Under the pieces are notes generated by a model that saw nothing but the letters and a program-made list of their open reading frames with translations, ran no database searches and was not told the DNA's origin. From NCBI GenBank assembly GCA_045598585.1, contig JAZLMG010000027.1, forward strand, positions 4,380-68,379: DNA of 64,000 nt, read 5' to 3'. The translations under genes were made by a program, and so were the position numbers. The DNA is from Kiritimatiellia bacterium (lineage in GTDB: Bacteria; Verrucomicrobiota; Kiritimatiellia; RFP12; UBA1067). Below, in pieces: positions 1 to 10,309 of the stretch; position 1 is the first letter of the stretch, and each line of letters begins with the position of its first letter.

Positions 1-68
1 TTGAGGACTTAAATGCTGAAGAGCTCGAAGCGAAAGATCCGGTACTTAAGGAGCTTCTAACCTAAGGG

Positions 69-1319
69 ATGATAGCGGGAATTATAACGCTCTTCATCCT
101 CTCCGCCTTTTTTTCGAGCGCGGAAACGGTGCTTTTTTCTTTGACCGGCGCGGAAAGATCGCGCATCAAGGCGCGCAATCCCAAAGCCGAATCGTTGATA
201 CGACTTTGCCTGACCGATAAGGCGGTACTCTTTTCCACTTTGCTTGTCGGTAATACCTTTGTCAACTTCGCGCTCGCGACGCTCGGCTATCGACTTTTCG
301 CGAAGTGGATTCCGGTCGCGCCCTATCTCGCCGTTCCTGTGATGACGATCATGCTCCTCGTCTTCGGAGAGATTACGCCGAAGCGACTGGCGCTTAAGTA
401 TACCGAAGAGCTCGCCCCCGTATATGCGGCGATTCTGATTTTCTGGCGATACCTGCTAACGCCGTTCAATGCCGTTCTTCGCTATACCTCCAAGGCCTTC
501 GCTCCCGCGCTCGAAAGAGAACGTCGCGCGCTCTCGGATGAAGAGCTCGTCTCTGTGCTCGAATCTGCCGCGGAGAATGGGGACGTAAGTCGTAAGGACG
601 CGGAAATGGTCGAAGGCGTGCTGCGGCTTTCGGAGCTGTCGGCGAATGACGAGATGACTCCGCGCGTCGATATTCAAGGTTATGACCTCGACTTAAGTGA
701 AGAGGAGAGAACCGAGAAGCTAAAGTATATCCGCTATCGTTATCTCCCCGCGTTCAAGCGCACACCTGATGCTATCGAAGGCGTTTACGATAAGCTTACG
801 GGAAAAATCGAAGACGCGCTATTCGTTCCCGAAACGGTGACGCTCGACGACCTTCTTGTTACCTTCGCGAAAAGCTCGAAGCCGCTCGCGGTCGTCCTTG
901 ATGAATATGGCGGGACGGCGGGCATCATCACCCCGAACGACATTCTCGAGCTTATCGTCGGCCCCGGAGTCTTCCGCAATCCCGACGCGGAGCCGCAAAT
1001 CATCAAGAAGGGGAATAACGTCTGGGAAATCGATGCGCGAGTATCCTTGGACGAGGTTAACCGCGAACTCGATCTCGAACTCGAAGCTGAAGATGCCGAC
1101 CGTATCTCCGGTTGGGTGCAGTTCCATGCCGAACGCATTCCTCATATCGGTCAGGAGATCGAAGCTGACGGTTGCCGCGCTACGGTTCTCAAACGTCGTC
1201 ATCGCCGCGTTACCTTAATCCGGCTCGAAGTCCTCGCCCATCCGGATGCGCTTGATGATGAGGAAATCATGGCCGATACTGACGAGGCGATCGAACGCAC
1301 GCAGGAGGACAACGAATGA
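69..1319 (+). CDS. CNNM/CorC-HlyC family transporter (DUF21 TM domain + CBS pair + CorC_HlyC domain)
   Basis: 416-aa ORF starting at ATG 69. It has an N-terminal multi-TM DUF21-like region, a central CBS-like segment and a C-terminal transporter-associated domain (family-level recognition). Confidence 0.8.
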   Translation: MIAGIITLFILSAFFSSAETVLFSLTGAERSRIKARNPKAESLIRLCLTDKAVLFSTLLVGNTFVNFALATLGYRLFAKWIPVAPYLAVPVMTIMLLVFGEITPKRLALKYTEELAPVYAAILIFWRYLLTPFNAVLRYTSKAFAPALERERRALSDEELVSVLESAAENGDVSRKDAEMVEGVLRLSELSANDEMTPRVDIQGYDLDLSEEERTEKLKYIRYRYLPAFKRTPDAIEGVYDKLTGKIEDALFVPETVTLDDLLVTFAKSSKPLAVVLDEYGGTAGIITPNDILELIVGPGVFRNPDAEPQIIKKGNNVWEIDARVSLDEVNRELDLELEAEDADRISGWVQFHAERIPHIGQEIEADGCRATVLKRRHRRVTLIRLEVLAHPDALDDEEIMADTDEAIERTQEDNE

Positions 1320-1960
1320 TTACAATCATATTCCTCTTAGTCGCAATCGTGCTCACGCTTCTGGGCGCGGCGTTTTGTGCGGGCGCGGAAACGGCTTTTC
1401 TCTCGGTAAGCCGCGAGCGAGTTCTCCACCTCGCGCGAGAAGGAGGTAAAAAGGCTCGCAAGATTGATGCAGCGCTAAGCGATATGGCGAAGACCACGAC
1501 AACGCTCTTGATCGGCAATAACCTCGCCTCCGTCGGCTATTCGTCGGCGACTGCGGCACTTTCGACGATTCTTGTAGGGGATAATATCGCAGGGAGGGCG
1601 ATAGCGGGTTTTATCGCCGCGTTCATCGTTTTGTACGTTTCCGAGTTCATGCCGAAACTCCTTTGCTCCGCAAGGCCTCTGAATCGCTCGCTCATGATGG
1701 CAGAGTCGTACGCGATTCTCGAAAAGGTGCTTTCGCCTTTTGCCGCGCTCGCAATGAAGTTCACCAATCTCTTCATCCCGAAGAAAGAAAAGAAGTACAA
1801 ACTTACGACGGCTGATTTGGTGCGTATCCTTCAAGATCGCAAGGATGGAGTTTATCTTTCCGATTTCGAATCGGCGCTTATCTCTCGAATCCTTGTTTTG
1901 AGGGTCAAGGGTAAGCCGATAACGGTCGACGCAATACTCTCGGTGCTTAAGAATGAGTGA
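1316..1960 (+). CDS. DUF21/CNNM transmembrane-domain protein (short paralog lacking the CorC domain)
   Basis: 214-aa ORF with an ATGA overlap onto the upstream stop. The N-terminus (GAETAFLSVSRERV) parallels the upstream gene (SSAETVLFSLTGAERS). Confidence 0.65.
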   Translation: MITIIFLLVAIVLTLLGAAFCAGAETAFLSVSRERVLHLAREGGKKARKIDAALSDMAKTTTTLLIGNNLASVGYSSATAALSTILVGDNIAGRAIAGFIAAFIVLYVSEFMPKLLCSARPLNRSLMMAESYAILEKVLSPFAALAMKFTNLFIPKKEKKYKLTTADLVRILQDRKDGVYLSDFESALISRILVLRVKGKPITVDAILSVLKNE

Positions 1961-2828
1961 GTGGTCTTACTATGCGCTCGCGAGCGCGGGAATGCTCGCG
2001 GCGTACGATCTCGCCAAGAAGGCGAGCGTGAAGGGGAATTCGGTATTGGGTGTTCTCCTCGGTTCGACCACGTGTGGGTCGTTAGCGTTTCTCATCGTTC
2101 TTCTCGCGACCGGAAGGTTTAGCGAAGCTGTCACGGGCATCGATACGAAGGTCGTGACGCTGGGGCTTCTTAAGTCTTGTATCGTCGCCTCGTCGTGGGT
2201 CTTTACCTTTTGTGCGCTTAAGTCTCTCCCTATCACCACCGCGACCCCGATTCGCTCGTCTTCTCCCGCGCTCGTGTTTCTCGCGGCACTTTTCATATAT
2301 GGGGAAGTCCCGAGTGTAATCCAGGCGATCGGGCTTATATTAGTATTTTTCGGGTACTTCGTCTTTTCGTGGGCCGGCAAACATGAAGGCATTGATTTCT
2401 TTAAGAATCGAGCGATTTGGTGCGCAATAATGGGAACTATACTTGCCGCGTGCTCGTCATTGTGGGATAAATTCGTCTTCCAAGTCGAGGCCTCTCCCAT
2501 TGCGCCTACCCAGCTCGTTTATCAACTTGGCCTGGTTCTCGTATACGCGATTCTTATTACCATAAAGCCGCTGCGAGGAACTACGCCTTTTGTCTTTCGA
2601 GCGACGATTCCTCTAGTCGGAGCTTTTCTCGCGCTCTCGGATTATTTGATGTTCAATGCGTTATCGTACGATGGCGTCCCGATCTCGGTCGCTTCGCTTG
2701 TCAGGCGCTTCTCGATAGTTCTTACGTTCGCTTTCGGGGCGATTATCTTTAAAGAAAAGAACCTTAAACGCAAGGCCTTTGCGCTTATATTTGTCTTATG
2801 TGGCATTGCGCTTTTGGTCGTTAAATGA
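1953..2828 (+). CDS. EamA/DMT-family permease
   Basis: 291-aa polytopic membrane ORF (about 10 TM segments, two-halves architecture) that overlaps the upstream gene. Confidence 0.7.
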   Translation: MSEWSYYALASAGMLAAYDLAKKASVKGNSVLGVLLGSTTCGSLAFLIVLLATGRFSEAVTGIDTKVVTLGLLKSCIVASSWVFTFCALKSLPITTATPIRSSSPALVFLAALFIYGEVPSVIQAIGLILVFFGYFVFSWAGKHEGIDFFKNRAIWCAIMGTILAACSSLWDKFVFQVEASPIAPTQLVYQLGLVLVYAILITIKPLRGTTPFVFRATIPLVGAFLALSDYLMFNALSYDGVPISVASLVRRFSIVLTFAFGAIIFKEKNLKRKAFALIFVLCGIALLVVK

Positions 2829-2862
2829 TATAATATTACAAAATATAATGGAGAAAACTGCC

Positions 2863-3549
2863 ATGAAGAAAGCTCTTATGATGTTCGCGGCCATCGTCGC
2901 GACTATGTTCGTGTATGCTCAAGAGGAAGAAGCGCCTGCCGCTCCCGCGATGTCGGAAGCTGCTCAGGAAGTCGCTCGCCTTACCGCAGAACTCAAGACC
3001 GTGAAGGCCGATATCTCCGCCGCGAAGAAAGATCTTCAGCAGCAGAAAAGTGCCTCATCCAAGGTGCGCAATTCGATTAGAAGCAAAGGGGCTCATTTGA
3101 TTGGCACGGTCGATCAGCGTAACCTTCTTGATCGTCGTCGTCCTACCAAAGAAGAAAAGCGCCTTTATCCGACCGGTGATATCATGATCGTCAAGGCGAA
3201 GTGCGTCTGCTCCCATTACCCCGAGGGTACGGATCAGGAACATACCGACAGCGTCGGCGGTTTCGGTGGCGGTTTCGGTAATTCGATGATGAACGGACGT
3301 TCCAATTCAAACATGAATCGCAAGCCGAAAGCCTGCTCGCAGTATCAGGCCTGGAGAAAGGCGATGGACGAAGTCGACAAGACGACGAAGATGATTGCGC
3401 AGCTGGAGCCGCTTCTCGCCGAAGAAGATAAGACCACAGAAAAGATGGCTGAATTGGAAGCGAAGAAGAAAGAGCTCGAAGCGGAGCTTAAGGCCGCCAA
3501 GAAAGCGAAAGCCGCAGAAGCTGCCGCGGCTACGGGAGATAACCAGTAA
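2863..3549 (+). CDS. secreted coiled-coil hypothetical protein
   Basis: ATG 2863 is preceded by GGAG. It has a signal-peptide-like N-terminus (MKKALMMFAAIVATMFVYAQ) and K/E/A-rich coiled-coil ends. The track start at 2779 lies inside the EamA gene. Confidence 0.5.
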   Translation: MKKALMMFAAIVATMFVYAQEEEAPAAPAMSEAAQEVARLTAELKTVKADISAAKKDLQQQKSASSKVRNSIRSKGAHLIGTVDQRNLLDRRRPTKEEKRLYPTGDIMIVKAKCVCSHYPEGTDQEHTDSVGGFGGGFGNSMMNGRSNSNMNRKPKACSQYQAWRKAMDEVDKTTKMIAQLEPLLAEEDKTTEKMAELEAKKKELEAELKAAKKAKAAEAAAATGDNQ

Positions 3550-4854
3550 ATGAAAGAAATCGGTGTAGGTATATTGGGCTTCGGCACAGTCGGTGCCGGC
3601 GTTGCGGACGGACTTCTCCGCAATCGCGAGACGTTTGCCCAGCGCCTTGGCGTAGATGTTGTTCTCAAGAAGATAGCTGATCTCGATATCGTTAAAGATC
3701 GTGGCGTCAAGATTCCCGAGGGAGTTCTGACGACAGATGCGGCGTCCGTTATTGCCGACCCTTCGATTCAGATTATCGTCGAACTTATCGGCGGCACGGG
3801 TATCGCGAAGAAGTTCATTCTTGACGCAATCTCTGCCGGGAAGTCGGTCGTTACCGCCAATAAGAAACTCTTGGCCGAATATGGCGCGGAAATCTTCGGC
3901 GCGGCGACGAAGGCGGGCGTTGATATCTACTTCGGCGCGGCGGTAGGCGGTGGTATTCCGATTATCCGATCGTTGCGCGAAGGCCTCGCCGGCAATGAAA
4001 TCGAGTCCATCAAGGGTATTTTGAACGGCACTTGCAACTACATCTTAACGCGTATGGCGCGTGAAGGCGCGCAGTTCGATGAAGTCCTGAAGGATGCTCA
4101 GCGTCTTGGCTTTGCGGAGGCGGATCCGACGCTCGATATTGATGGTTGGGATACGGCGCATAAGGCCTCAATTCTCGCCTCGCTCGCTTACGGCTTTTTC
4201 GTCTCGCCGCATGACTTCGAGGTCAAGGGTATTCGCAATCTCTCTTCGGTCGATGTCACCTACGCGAAAGAACTTGGGTTTTCGATCAAGCTGCTCGCGC
4301 ATATCGGCAGGAAGGGTGATGAGGTCGCTATCTCGGTTGGACCTACATTGATTCCGGAAAATCATCTTTTAGCAGCGGTCAATGATGTCTTCAATGCTGT
4401 CCTCGTTCATGGTGATCTCTCGGACGATTTGATGTTCTACGGTAAGGGCGCCGGACGCGCCCCGACCGCTTCGACCGTTCTTGGCGATATCGGTGACATC
4501 GCGCGTAATATCTCGAACGGCGGCGCTCGCTACAAGAGCGCGATCTCGACGGCGAACGAGGGACTCCTCGCGCTTAAGGTCGCCTCGAACGATACTTCGA
4601 GCTACTATGTTCGTCTCATGGTCGAGGATCGCTGCGGCTGCTTAGGTAAGCTCACGACGATCTTCGGTGAACACGGCGTTTCGATTCTTCAGGCGACGAG
4701 CCATAAGCAGCTCAAGGGCCATGAAGTCGAAGGCGCGATTCCCGTCGTCATTCGTACTCACAAGGCGACTTCGGGCGCGGTTGATCGCGCACTTGAAGAG
4801 ATTGAAGGCGCCGGCATCATCCGCGGCAAAGCCGTAAAGATGCGCATGATATAA
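3550..4854 (+). CDS. hom: homoserine dehydrogenase
   Basis: 434 aa with an N-terminal GFGTVG Rossmann motif and a C-terminal ACT-like region. It sits next to aspartate kinase. Confidence 0.9.
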   Translation: MKEIGVGILGFGTVGAGVADGLLRNRETFAQRLGVDVVLKKIADLDIVKDRGVKIPEGVLTTDAASVIADPSIQIIVELIGGTGIAKKFILDAISAGKSVVTANKKLLAEYGAEIFGAATKAGVDIYFGAAVGGGIPIIRSLREGLAGNEIESIKGILNGTCNYILTRMAREGAQFDEVLKDAQRLGFAEADPTLDIDGWDTAHKASILASLAYGFFVSPHDFEVKGIRNLSSVDVTYAKELGFSIKLLAHIGRKGDEVAISVGPTLIPENHLLAAVNDVFNAVLVHGDLSDDLMFYGKGAGRAPTASTVLGDIGDIARNISNGGARYKSAISTANEGLLALKVASNDTSSYYVRLMVEDRCGCLGKLTTIFGEHGVSILQATSHKQLKGHEVEGAIPVVIRTHKATSGAVDRALEEIEGAGIIRGKAVKMRMI

Positions 4855-4866
4855 GGAGAAGCTTTA

Positions 4867-6231
4867 ATGAAGGTATGTAAATTCGGTGGTAGCTCGCTCG
4901 CGGATGCTGCGCAGATCAACAAGGTGATCGACATAGTTCTCGCCGATCCCTCGCGTCGTATCGTCGTCGTTTCCGCGCCCGGTAAGCGTAATTCTGGAGA
5001 TACCAAGGTCACGGATCTTTTAATCGCGCTCGCCAAGGTCGCGCTCGCCGGCGGAAACACCGACCGCGAATATGGCGCCGTCGTTGAGCGTTACGCTTCG
5101 ATCGCTCAGGATCTTCGTCTCGGCGACCAAATCGTCAAGGAAATCGAAGACGACCTCAAGGGACGCCTCGCCGATAAGCCGAATCTCACGGAAGGGGAGT
5201 TCATGGATCTCATGAAGGCGGCGGGCGAAGACAACAACGCGAAGATTATCGCCGCGGCCTTTACCGCTCGTGGTCGCAAGGCGCGTTACGCAAGTCCGCG
5301 CGATACCGGCATGGTTCTTATGGGCCAGCACGGTGACGCCCAGCTCGATCCCGAGAGCTACAAGACCTTGACCCGCGCGTTCTCGAACTTCGAAGGCATT
5401 GTCATTTACCCCGGTTTCTTCGGCTATACGAAAGAGGGGAAGGTCGCGACGTTCCCGCGCGGCGGCTCTGACATTACGGGCTCGATTCTTGCGGCGGCCG
5501 TTTGCGCCGATGTTTACGAGAACTTCACGGATGTCGACTCGGTCTATCCCGCCGACCCTCGTCTCGTTCCCGAAGTCAAGGACGGCGAAGGCATCAAGAC
5601 GATGACTTATCGTGAAATGCGCGAACTCGCCTACGCGGGCTTCGGCGTTTTCAATGATGACGCGGTTATTCCCGCCGTCAAGGCGCGCATCCCGATCAAT
5701 ATCCGCAATACGAACCATCCTTCCGCTCCCGGTACGATGATTCAGCAGACGCGCCGCGCCATCCCGGGAACGATCGTCGGCGTCGCCTCGGAAAGCGGCT
5801 TCGTGAATATCATCATCGACAAGTACCTCATGAACCGCGAAATCGGTTTCGGTCGCAAGGTGCTTACCATTCTCGAAGAGGAAGGTATCGGCTATGAGCA
5901 CATGCCCACCGGTATCGACTCTCTCTGCGTCATGGTCAAGGACAAGTTCATGCCCAAGGAAGTCGAAAAGCGCGTCGTTCAGCGTATTCGCCGCGAACTT
6001 AACCCCGATTCCGTGACGGTCGTCCACGATCTCGACGTTCTTATGATGGTCGGCGAAGGGACGCGCTACGCCGTCGGTATGCTCGCTAAAGTCTCAAGCG
6101 CGCTCGCCGAGGCCGGCGTCAGCGTCATGATGTTCAGCCAGGGCGCGAGCGAAGTAAGCTCGATGGCGGCCGTAAGAACGCAAGATCGCGAGAAGGCGGT
6201 GCGTGCCATCTACAAGGCGTTTTTTGGCTGA
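4867..6231 (+). CDS. lysC: aspartate kinase
   Basis: 454 aa with the KFGGSSL amino-acid-kinase N-terminus and C-terminal ACT-type region. Confidence 0.9.
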   Translation: MKVCKFGGSSLADAAQINKVIDIVLADPSRRIVVVSAPGKRNSGDTKVTDLLIALAKVALAGGNTDREYGAVVERYASIAQDLRLGDQIVKEIEDDLKGRLADKPNLTEGEFMDLMKAAGEDNNAKIIAAAFTARGRKARYASPRDTGMVLMGQHGDAQLDPESYKTLTRAFSNFEGIVIYPGFFGYTKEGKVATFPRGGSDITGSILAAAVCADVYENFTDVDSVYPADPRLVPEVKDGEGIKTMTYREMRELAYAGFGVFNDDAVIPAVKARIPINIRNTNHPSAPGTMIQQTRRAIPGTIVGVASESGFVNIIIDKYLMNREIGFGRKVLTILEEEGIGYEHMPTGIDSLCVMVKDKFMPKEVEKRVVQRIRRELNPDSVTVVHDLDVLMMVGEGTRYAVGMLAKVSSALAEAGVSVMMFSQGASEVSSMAAVRTQDREKAVRAIYKAFFG

Positions 6232-6246
6232 AATCGCAATAAGCTA

Positions 6247-6275
6247 TTGACTTTCGCGCGGAAATAACATAAAAT
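6247..6275 (+). promoter_or_regulatory. sigma70-type promoter of the mre operon
   Basis: TTGACT, 17-nt spacer, TAAAAT. The -10 ends 10 nt before the mreB ATG. Confidence 0.6.
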
Positions 6276-6285
6276 ATTAAATACT

Positions 6286-7320
6286 ATGTTAGGAAAATTT
6301 TTGCAGCTCTTCTCGACTGACATCGGTATCGACCTCGGTACCGCCAACTCCCTCGTTTATGCCAAGAATCGCGGCATCGTGATGCGCGAACCTTCGGTCG
6401 TCGCCATTCAGGCCGGCTCGAAGCGCGTCCTCGCCGTTGGCGAAGAGGCGAAGCGCATGCTCGGTCGTACTCCCGGTAACATCGTCGCGATCCGTCCGAT
6501 GAAGTCGGGCGTCATTGCCGACTTCGACATTACTGAGGCGATGCTTGCGTACTTCATCAACAAGGTTTGCCCCAAGCGCTTCTATTCGCGCTATACCAAG
6601 CCGCGCATGGTCGTCGCGGTTCCTTCGGGCATTACCGAAGTCGAAAAGCGCGCGGTTGAAGACGCCGCACATGCCGCCGGCGCAGGCGACGTGTTTTTAA
6701 TCGAAGAGCCGATGGCTGCCGCTATCGGTGTCGGACTTCCCGTTTCCGAGCCTGCGGGCTCCATGATCGTCGACATCGGCGGTGGTACGTGCGAAGTCGC
6801 CATCATCTCCCTCGCAGGTATCGTTCATAGCTACTCTGCCCGTCAGGCGGGTGGTGACGCGATGGACGAAGCGATCATGAGCTATATCAAGCGCGTCTAT
6901 AACCTCATGATCGGTGAACGCACGGCCGAAGAGATCAAGATTCAGATCGGCTCCGCTTACCCCATCGGCGAAGAGATGAAGATGGAGATCAAAGGCCGCG
7001 ACATCGTCGCGGGGTTGCCCAAAACTTTAACCATTACCTCCGAAGAAATCCGCGACGCCCTCAAGGATACGGTCGCTTTAATCGTCGATGCCGTGAGATC
7101 CACGCTCGATAGATGCGAACCGGAACTTGCGGCCGACCTCGTGGATCGAGGCCTAGTACTGTCGGGCGGCAGCGCCCAGCTTCGAGGCCTCGATAAGCTC
7201 CTCGCCGCGCAGACGGGACTTCCCGTTACCGTTGCGGACGATCCGCTTTCGGCGGTTGCCGAGGGAACGGGCGTCGTCATGAACGAGCTCGACTTCCTCG
7301 CGAAGAATAAGAAATCGTGA
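6286..7320 (+). CDS. mreB: rod shape-determining protein MreB
   Basis: 344 aa with the actin-fold motifs DLGTANS and DIGGGT. Confidence 0.95.
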   Translation: MLGKFLQLFSTDIGIDLGTANSLVYAKNRGIVMREPSVVAIQAGSKRVLAVGEEAKRMLGRTPGNIVAIRPMKSGVIADFDITEAMLAYFINKVCPKRFYSRYTKPRMVVAVPSGITEVEKRAVEDAAHAAGAGDVFLIEEPMAAAIGVGLPVSEPAGSMIVDIGGGTCEVAIISLAGIVHSYSARQAGGDAMDEAIMSYIKRVYNLMIGERTAEEIKIQIGSAYPIGEEMKMEIKGRDIVAGLPKTLTITSEEIRDALKDTVALIVDAVRSTLDRCEPELAADLVDRGLVLSGGSAQLRGLDKLLAAQTGLPVTVADDPLSAVAEGTGVVMNELDFLAKNKKS

Positions 7321-8108
7321 GACAAAATAGTACCGGCACGGTAGTTACGATCGCGATTGCCGCGCTCGTGGCCGTCCTTTGTGTCGGTTCGAAAACGATT
7401 TCGGTTGAAGCCGCATATCCCGTAGAGCGCATGAAGCAGAGCTTCGCGCGCAAGGTGATGACGCGGGTGAAGGGCTTTTTCAATGCTGCGGAAGCGAAAG
7501 CCGAGAACGTTCGGCTCAAGCGCGAGATCGCGTCGCTAGCGCTCATGGCCGGCGATGTCGAACGTCTCGAGATGGAGAACGCGCGTCTTCGCCGAGCACT
7601 CGAATATACTTCCAAAGCTCCTGAAAAGTGGTTAGCCGCCGGCGTTCTCTCCGAAAACGGAGGAGCGGCTGGGGCGAAAAAGACCATTCGTGTCGATAAG
7701 GGCTCGATTGCGGGGGTTAAGGAGAACGCGGTAGTTGTCGTCCCGGAAGGGCTGGTCGGACTCGTCACTCATGTTACTCCTCACACGGCGGAAGTAACGC
7801 TTATCACCGATCCATCCGTTAAGGTCGCTTGTGAAGTTGAAAATCAAGGAGACCTCCGTTCTCGCGGCATTATTGCGGGCGGAAATGACGACGCGATCAT
7901 TTTGAAGCATTTGTCGAACGGGGGAGAAGCGCTCCCTCGCTCTAGGGTTTTAACATCCGGTCTTGGCGGTATCTTCCCGCGGGGGATCGAGGTAGGCACT
8001 TTATTGGACGTCCGAAGGGACGCTAAGGGTCTCGCAAGCGAGGGAGAAGTGCTACCGAATGTCGAATATTCGAATTTGGAGGACGTCTTCATTCGCCGTG
8101 AGAAGTGA
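7317..8108 (+). CDS. mreC: rod shape-determining protein MreC
   Basis: 263 aa with an N-terminal TM segment, coiled coil and beta-rich C-terminus. It lies between mreB and mreD. Confidence 0.85.
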   Translation: MRQNSTGTVVTIAIAALVAVLCVGSKTISVEAAYPVERMKQSFARKVMTRVKGFFNAAEAKAENVRLKREIASLALMAGDVERLEMENARLRRALEYTSKAPEKWLAAGVLSENGGAAGAKKTIRVDKGSIAGVKENAVVVVPEGLVGLVTHVTPHTAEVTLITDPSVKVACEVENQGDLRSRGIIAGGNDDAIILKHLSNGGEALPRSRVLTSGLGGIFPRGIEVGTLLDVRRDAKGLASEGEVLPNVEYSNLEDVFIRREK

Positions 8109-8553
8109 TTTCGCCAAACTCGTATTTTCGCTTCTTGTCCTCGTTTTCGGCGCGGCCTTAGAGGAGCTTCTTCCTAACTTTTGGGGAGTCGGCATTCCGA
8201 TTCTCTTAATTGCCGCTCAATACGAATCGCGACGCAGTTCGGCACTGCTCGCCATGTTCTTCGCTATCGCGGCAGGTGGAGTCGAGGATGCGATTTCCAA
8301 TCTCCCGATGATGGCATCGGCCAGCTACTTCCTCTTGGTCGCGATTCTTACTCGTTGGGCGGGGCTTCCGAGAGGGCTGCTCGTGTTAACCTATCCCGGA
8401 TATCAGATTTGGCTTCGTATTTGGGTTGGAGACGCTTTCGGCAACATCTTCAATCGTATTCTTTTTTCCGTGCCGGTCGGTATACTCTCCGGTTTCGCGG
8501 TAGTGTTTCTTCTCGCATATCTCGAAGGAAAGGCGGCCGTGGATGAAGAATAA
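8059..8553 (+). CDS. mreD: rod shape-determining protein MreD
   Basis: Small polytopic membrane ORF in the mreBCD position. An alternative GTG start at 8098 gives a shorter overlap with mreC. Confidence 0.65.
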   Translation: MSNIRIWRTSSFAVRSDFAKLVFSLLVLVFGAALEELLPNFWGVGIPILLIAAQYESRRSSALLAMFFAIAAGGVEDAISNLPMMASASYFLLVAILTRWAGLPRGLLVLTYPGYQIWLRIWVGDAFGNIFNRILFSVPVGILSGFAVVFLLAYLEGKAAVDEE

Positions 8554-10309
8554 CGCGGTATTCGTCAGCAACCTTTCGTGTTTTGCGACGGCGGGACTAT
8601 TCTTGTTCGGGCTGTTGATTCTTGCCGTGAACTTAAAGGAAGTTCAAGTTGAAGACGCCGCGTCTTACAATCTCGAGTTCGATCGGCAGGCGATTCGCCG
8701 CGTCGAGACGGCCGGCCTACGCGGGCGAATCATCGATCGTCATGGTCGTGACTTAGCCGCGAATCGCAAGAGTCTCTCGCTCGCGCTAAATGCCGAGGCG
8801 TTTCAAAAAAACACGTGGAAGAAGACGGCGGATGCGATCGAAGAAGCGATTCAAAAAGTCGCGGATTGCATCGGGACGCCTTCGCCTCTTGACCGAAAAA
8901 CCATCGAGCGGCATGTCAATCAGTCGCTCGCAATGCCGCTCCCCGTATGGCGCGATATTAACGATGTGGAACTCGCGCGTTTCGCCGAACATGACCGCGA
9001 CTTCGAGGGTTTCGAGATTATAGAAACGGATGAAAGATATTATCCTTATGGTTCGTTGGCTTCGCATATGATCGGGTACGTCGGGCGTGATCGCGGCGAA
9101 TCGGAAGCGGGCGATAGAAAGTTCAACTTCCATGAACTTGAACTGCGTGGGCGAAGTGGCCTTGAAATCTATTACGACAGCTATTTGCGCGGCGTCTCCG
9201 GCGAGAAACATGTACGTGTCGATGCGCGAGGCTATAAGGTCAGTGAGCGCATAGTTATCGAATCCAAGGCCGGCCCGGACCTCAAGACGACGATCGATAT
9301 CGATATCCAGAAGGAGGTTGAGCGACAACTCCGTGGTCAAGCGGGAGCTTGCGTTGTGATGGATCCTCGTGACGGCTCCATTCTCGCGATGGCGAGCGCG
9401 CCTTCGTACGATCCGAACGCGTTCGTCCCGGCGTTAAGCAAGTCGCTTTATGATAGATACTCGAATCACCCGCAAAAGCCGCTCTTGAATCGTGCTTCAG
9501 GCGGCGCCTACGCGCCCGGCTCGACCTTTAAGCCGATTACGGCGCTCGCGGGGCTTACCGTCGGCTATCCCCAGATGAGGACATACGAATGCACGGGGGC
9601 ATTCAAACTCGGCGGGCTTACGCTTCATTGCGCTCGGCGTTGGGGACACGGGTCGATGGATATGCGCCATGCGCTTAAAGAAAGCTGCAATCCTTACTTC
9701 TGCCACCTCGGTTACGATATCGGGACGAACGCGCTTATCACCGCCGCGAAGACGATGGGCCTCGGCGCGAAAACCGGCATCGACTTCGGCATCGATGTCA
9801 CCGGCGTTGTTCCGGATGCCGAGTGGAAAGAGGTTCATTATCATGAGAAGTGGTTCCCGGGTGATTTGACTCAGATGTCGATCGGTCAAGGAATGCTCCT
9901 CGTTTCGCCGCTCCAAATGGCACGCGTTGCGGGCGCGATCGGTACGGGATACCTCGTCACACCCAAGATCAAGGCGGACTTGCCGATCAAGAAGCAACCT
10001 CTCCCTTATAAGCAGTGGCAGCTTAAGGTCGTTCGTGACGGAATGGAAATGGTGGTTAATGGCGGCTCGGGAAAGAAAGCGAAACTCGACGCCGTCAAGG
10101 TCGCGGGTAAGACGGGTACGGCGGAAATCGGTCGCGGCGAAACGAGAAGAAAGAACACATGGTTCATCGCTTATGCACCCGCGGAAGATCCGGTTGTCGC
10201 CGTGGCGATGATAATCGAGAATGGCGATTCCGGTGGCGGTACGACCGCTCCGAGGGTAAAGGCGGTATTGGAAAACATATTCGGAAGCGTGGATATCGAT
10301 GAAGAGTAA
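8543..10309 (+). CDS. mrdA: penicillin-binding protein 2 (elongasome transpeptidase)
   Basis: 588 aa with the STFKP (SxxK), SCN (SxN) and KTGTA motifs. It sits next to rodA. Confidence 0.9.
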   Translation: MKNNAVFVSNLSCFATAGLFLFGLLILAVNLKEVQVEDAASYNLEFDRQAIRRVETAGLRGRIIDRHGRDLAANRKSLSLALNAEAFQKNTWKKTADAIEEAIQKVADCIGTPSPLDRKTIERHVNQSLAMPLPVWRDINDVELARFAEHDRDFEGFEIIETDERYYPYGSLASHMIGYVGRDRGESEAGDRKFNFHELELRGRSGLEIYYDSYLRGVSGEKHVRVDARGYKVSERIVIESKAGPDLKTTIDIDIQKEVERQLRGQAGACVVMDPRDGSILAMASAPSYDPNAFVPALSKSLYDRYSNHPQKPLLNRASGGAYAPGSTFKPITALAGLTVGYPQMRTYECTGAFKLGGLTLHCARRWGHGSMDMRHALKESCNPYFCHLGYDIGTNALITAAKTMGLGAKTGIDFGIDVTGVVPDAEWKEVHYHEKWFPGDLTQMSIGQGMLLVSPLQMARVAGAIGTGYLVTPKIKADLPIKKQPLPYKQWQLKVVRDGMEMVVNGGSGKKAKLDAVKVAGKTGTAEIGRGETRRKNTWFIAYAPAEDPVVAVAMIIENGDSGGGTTAPRVKAVLENIFGSVDIDEE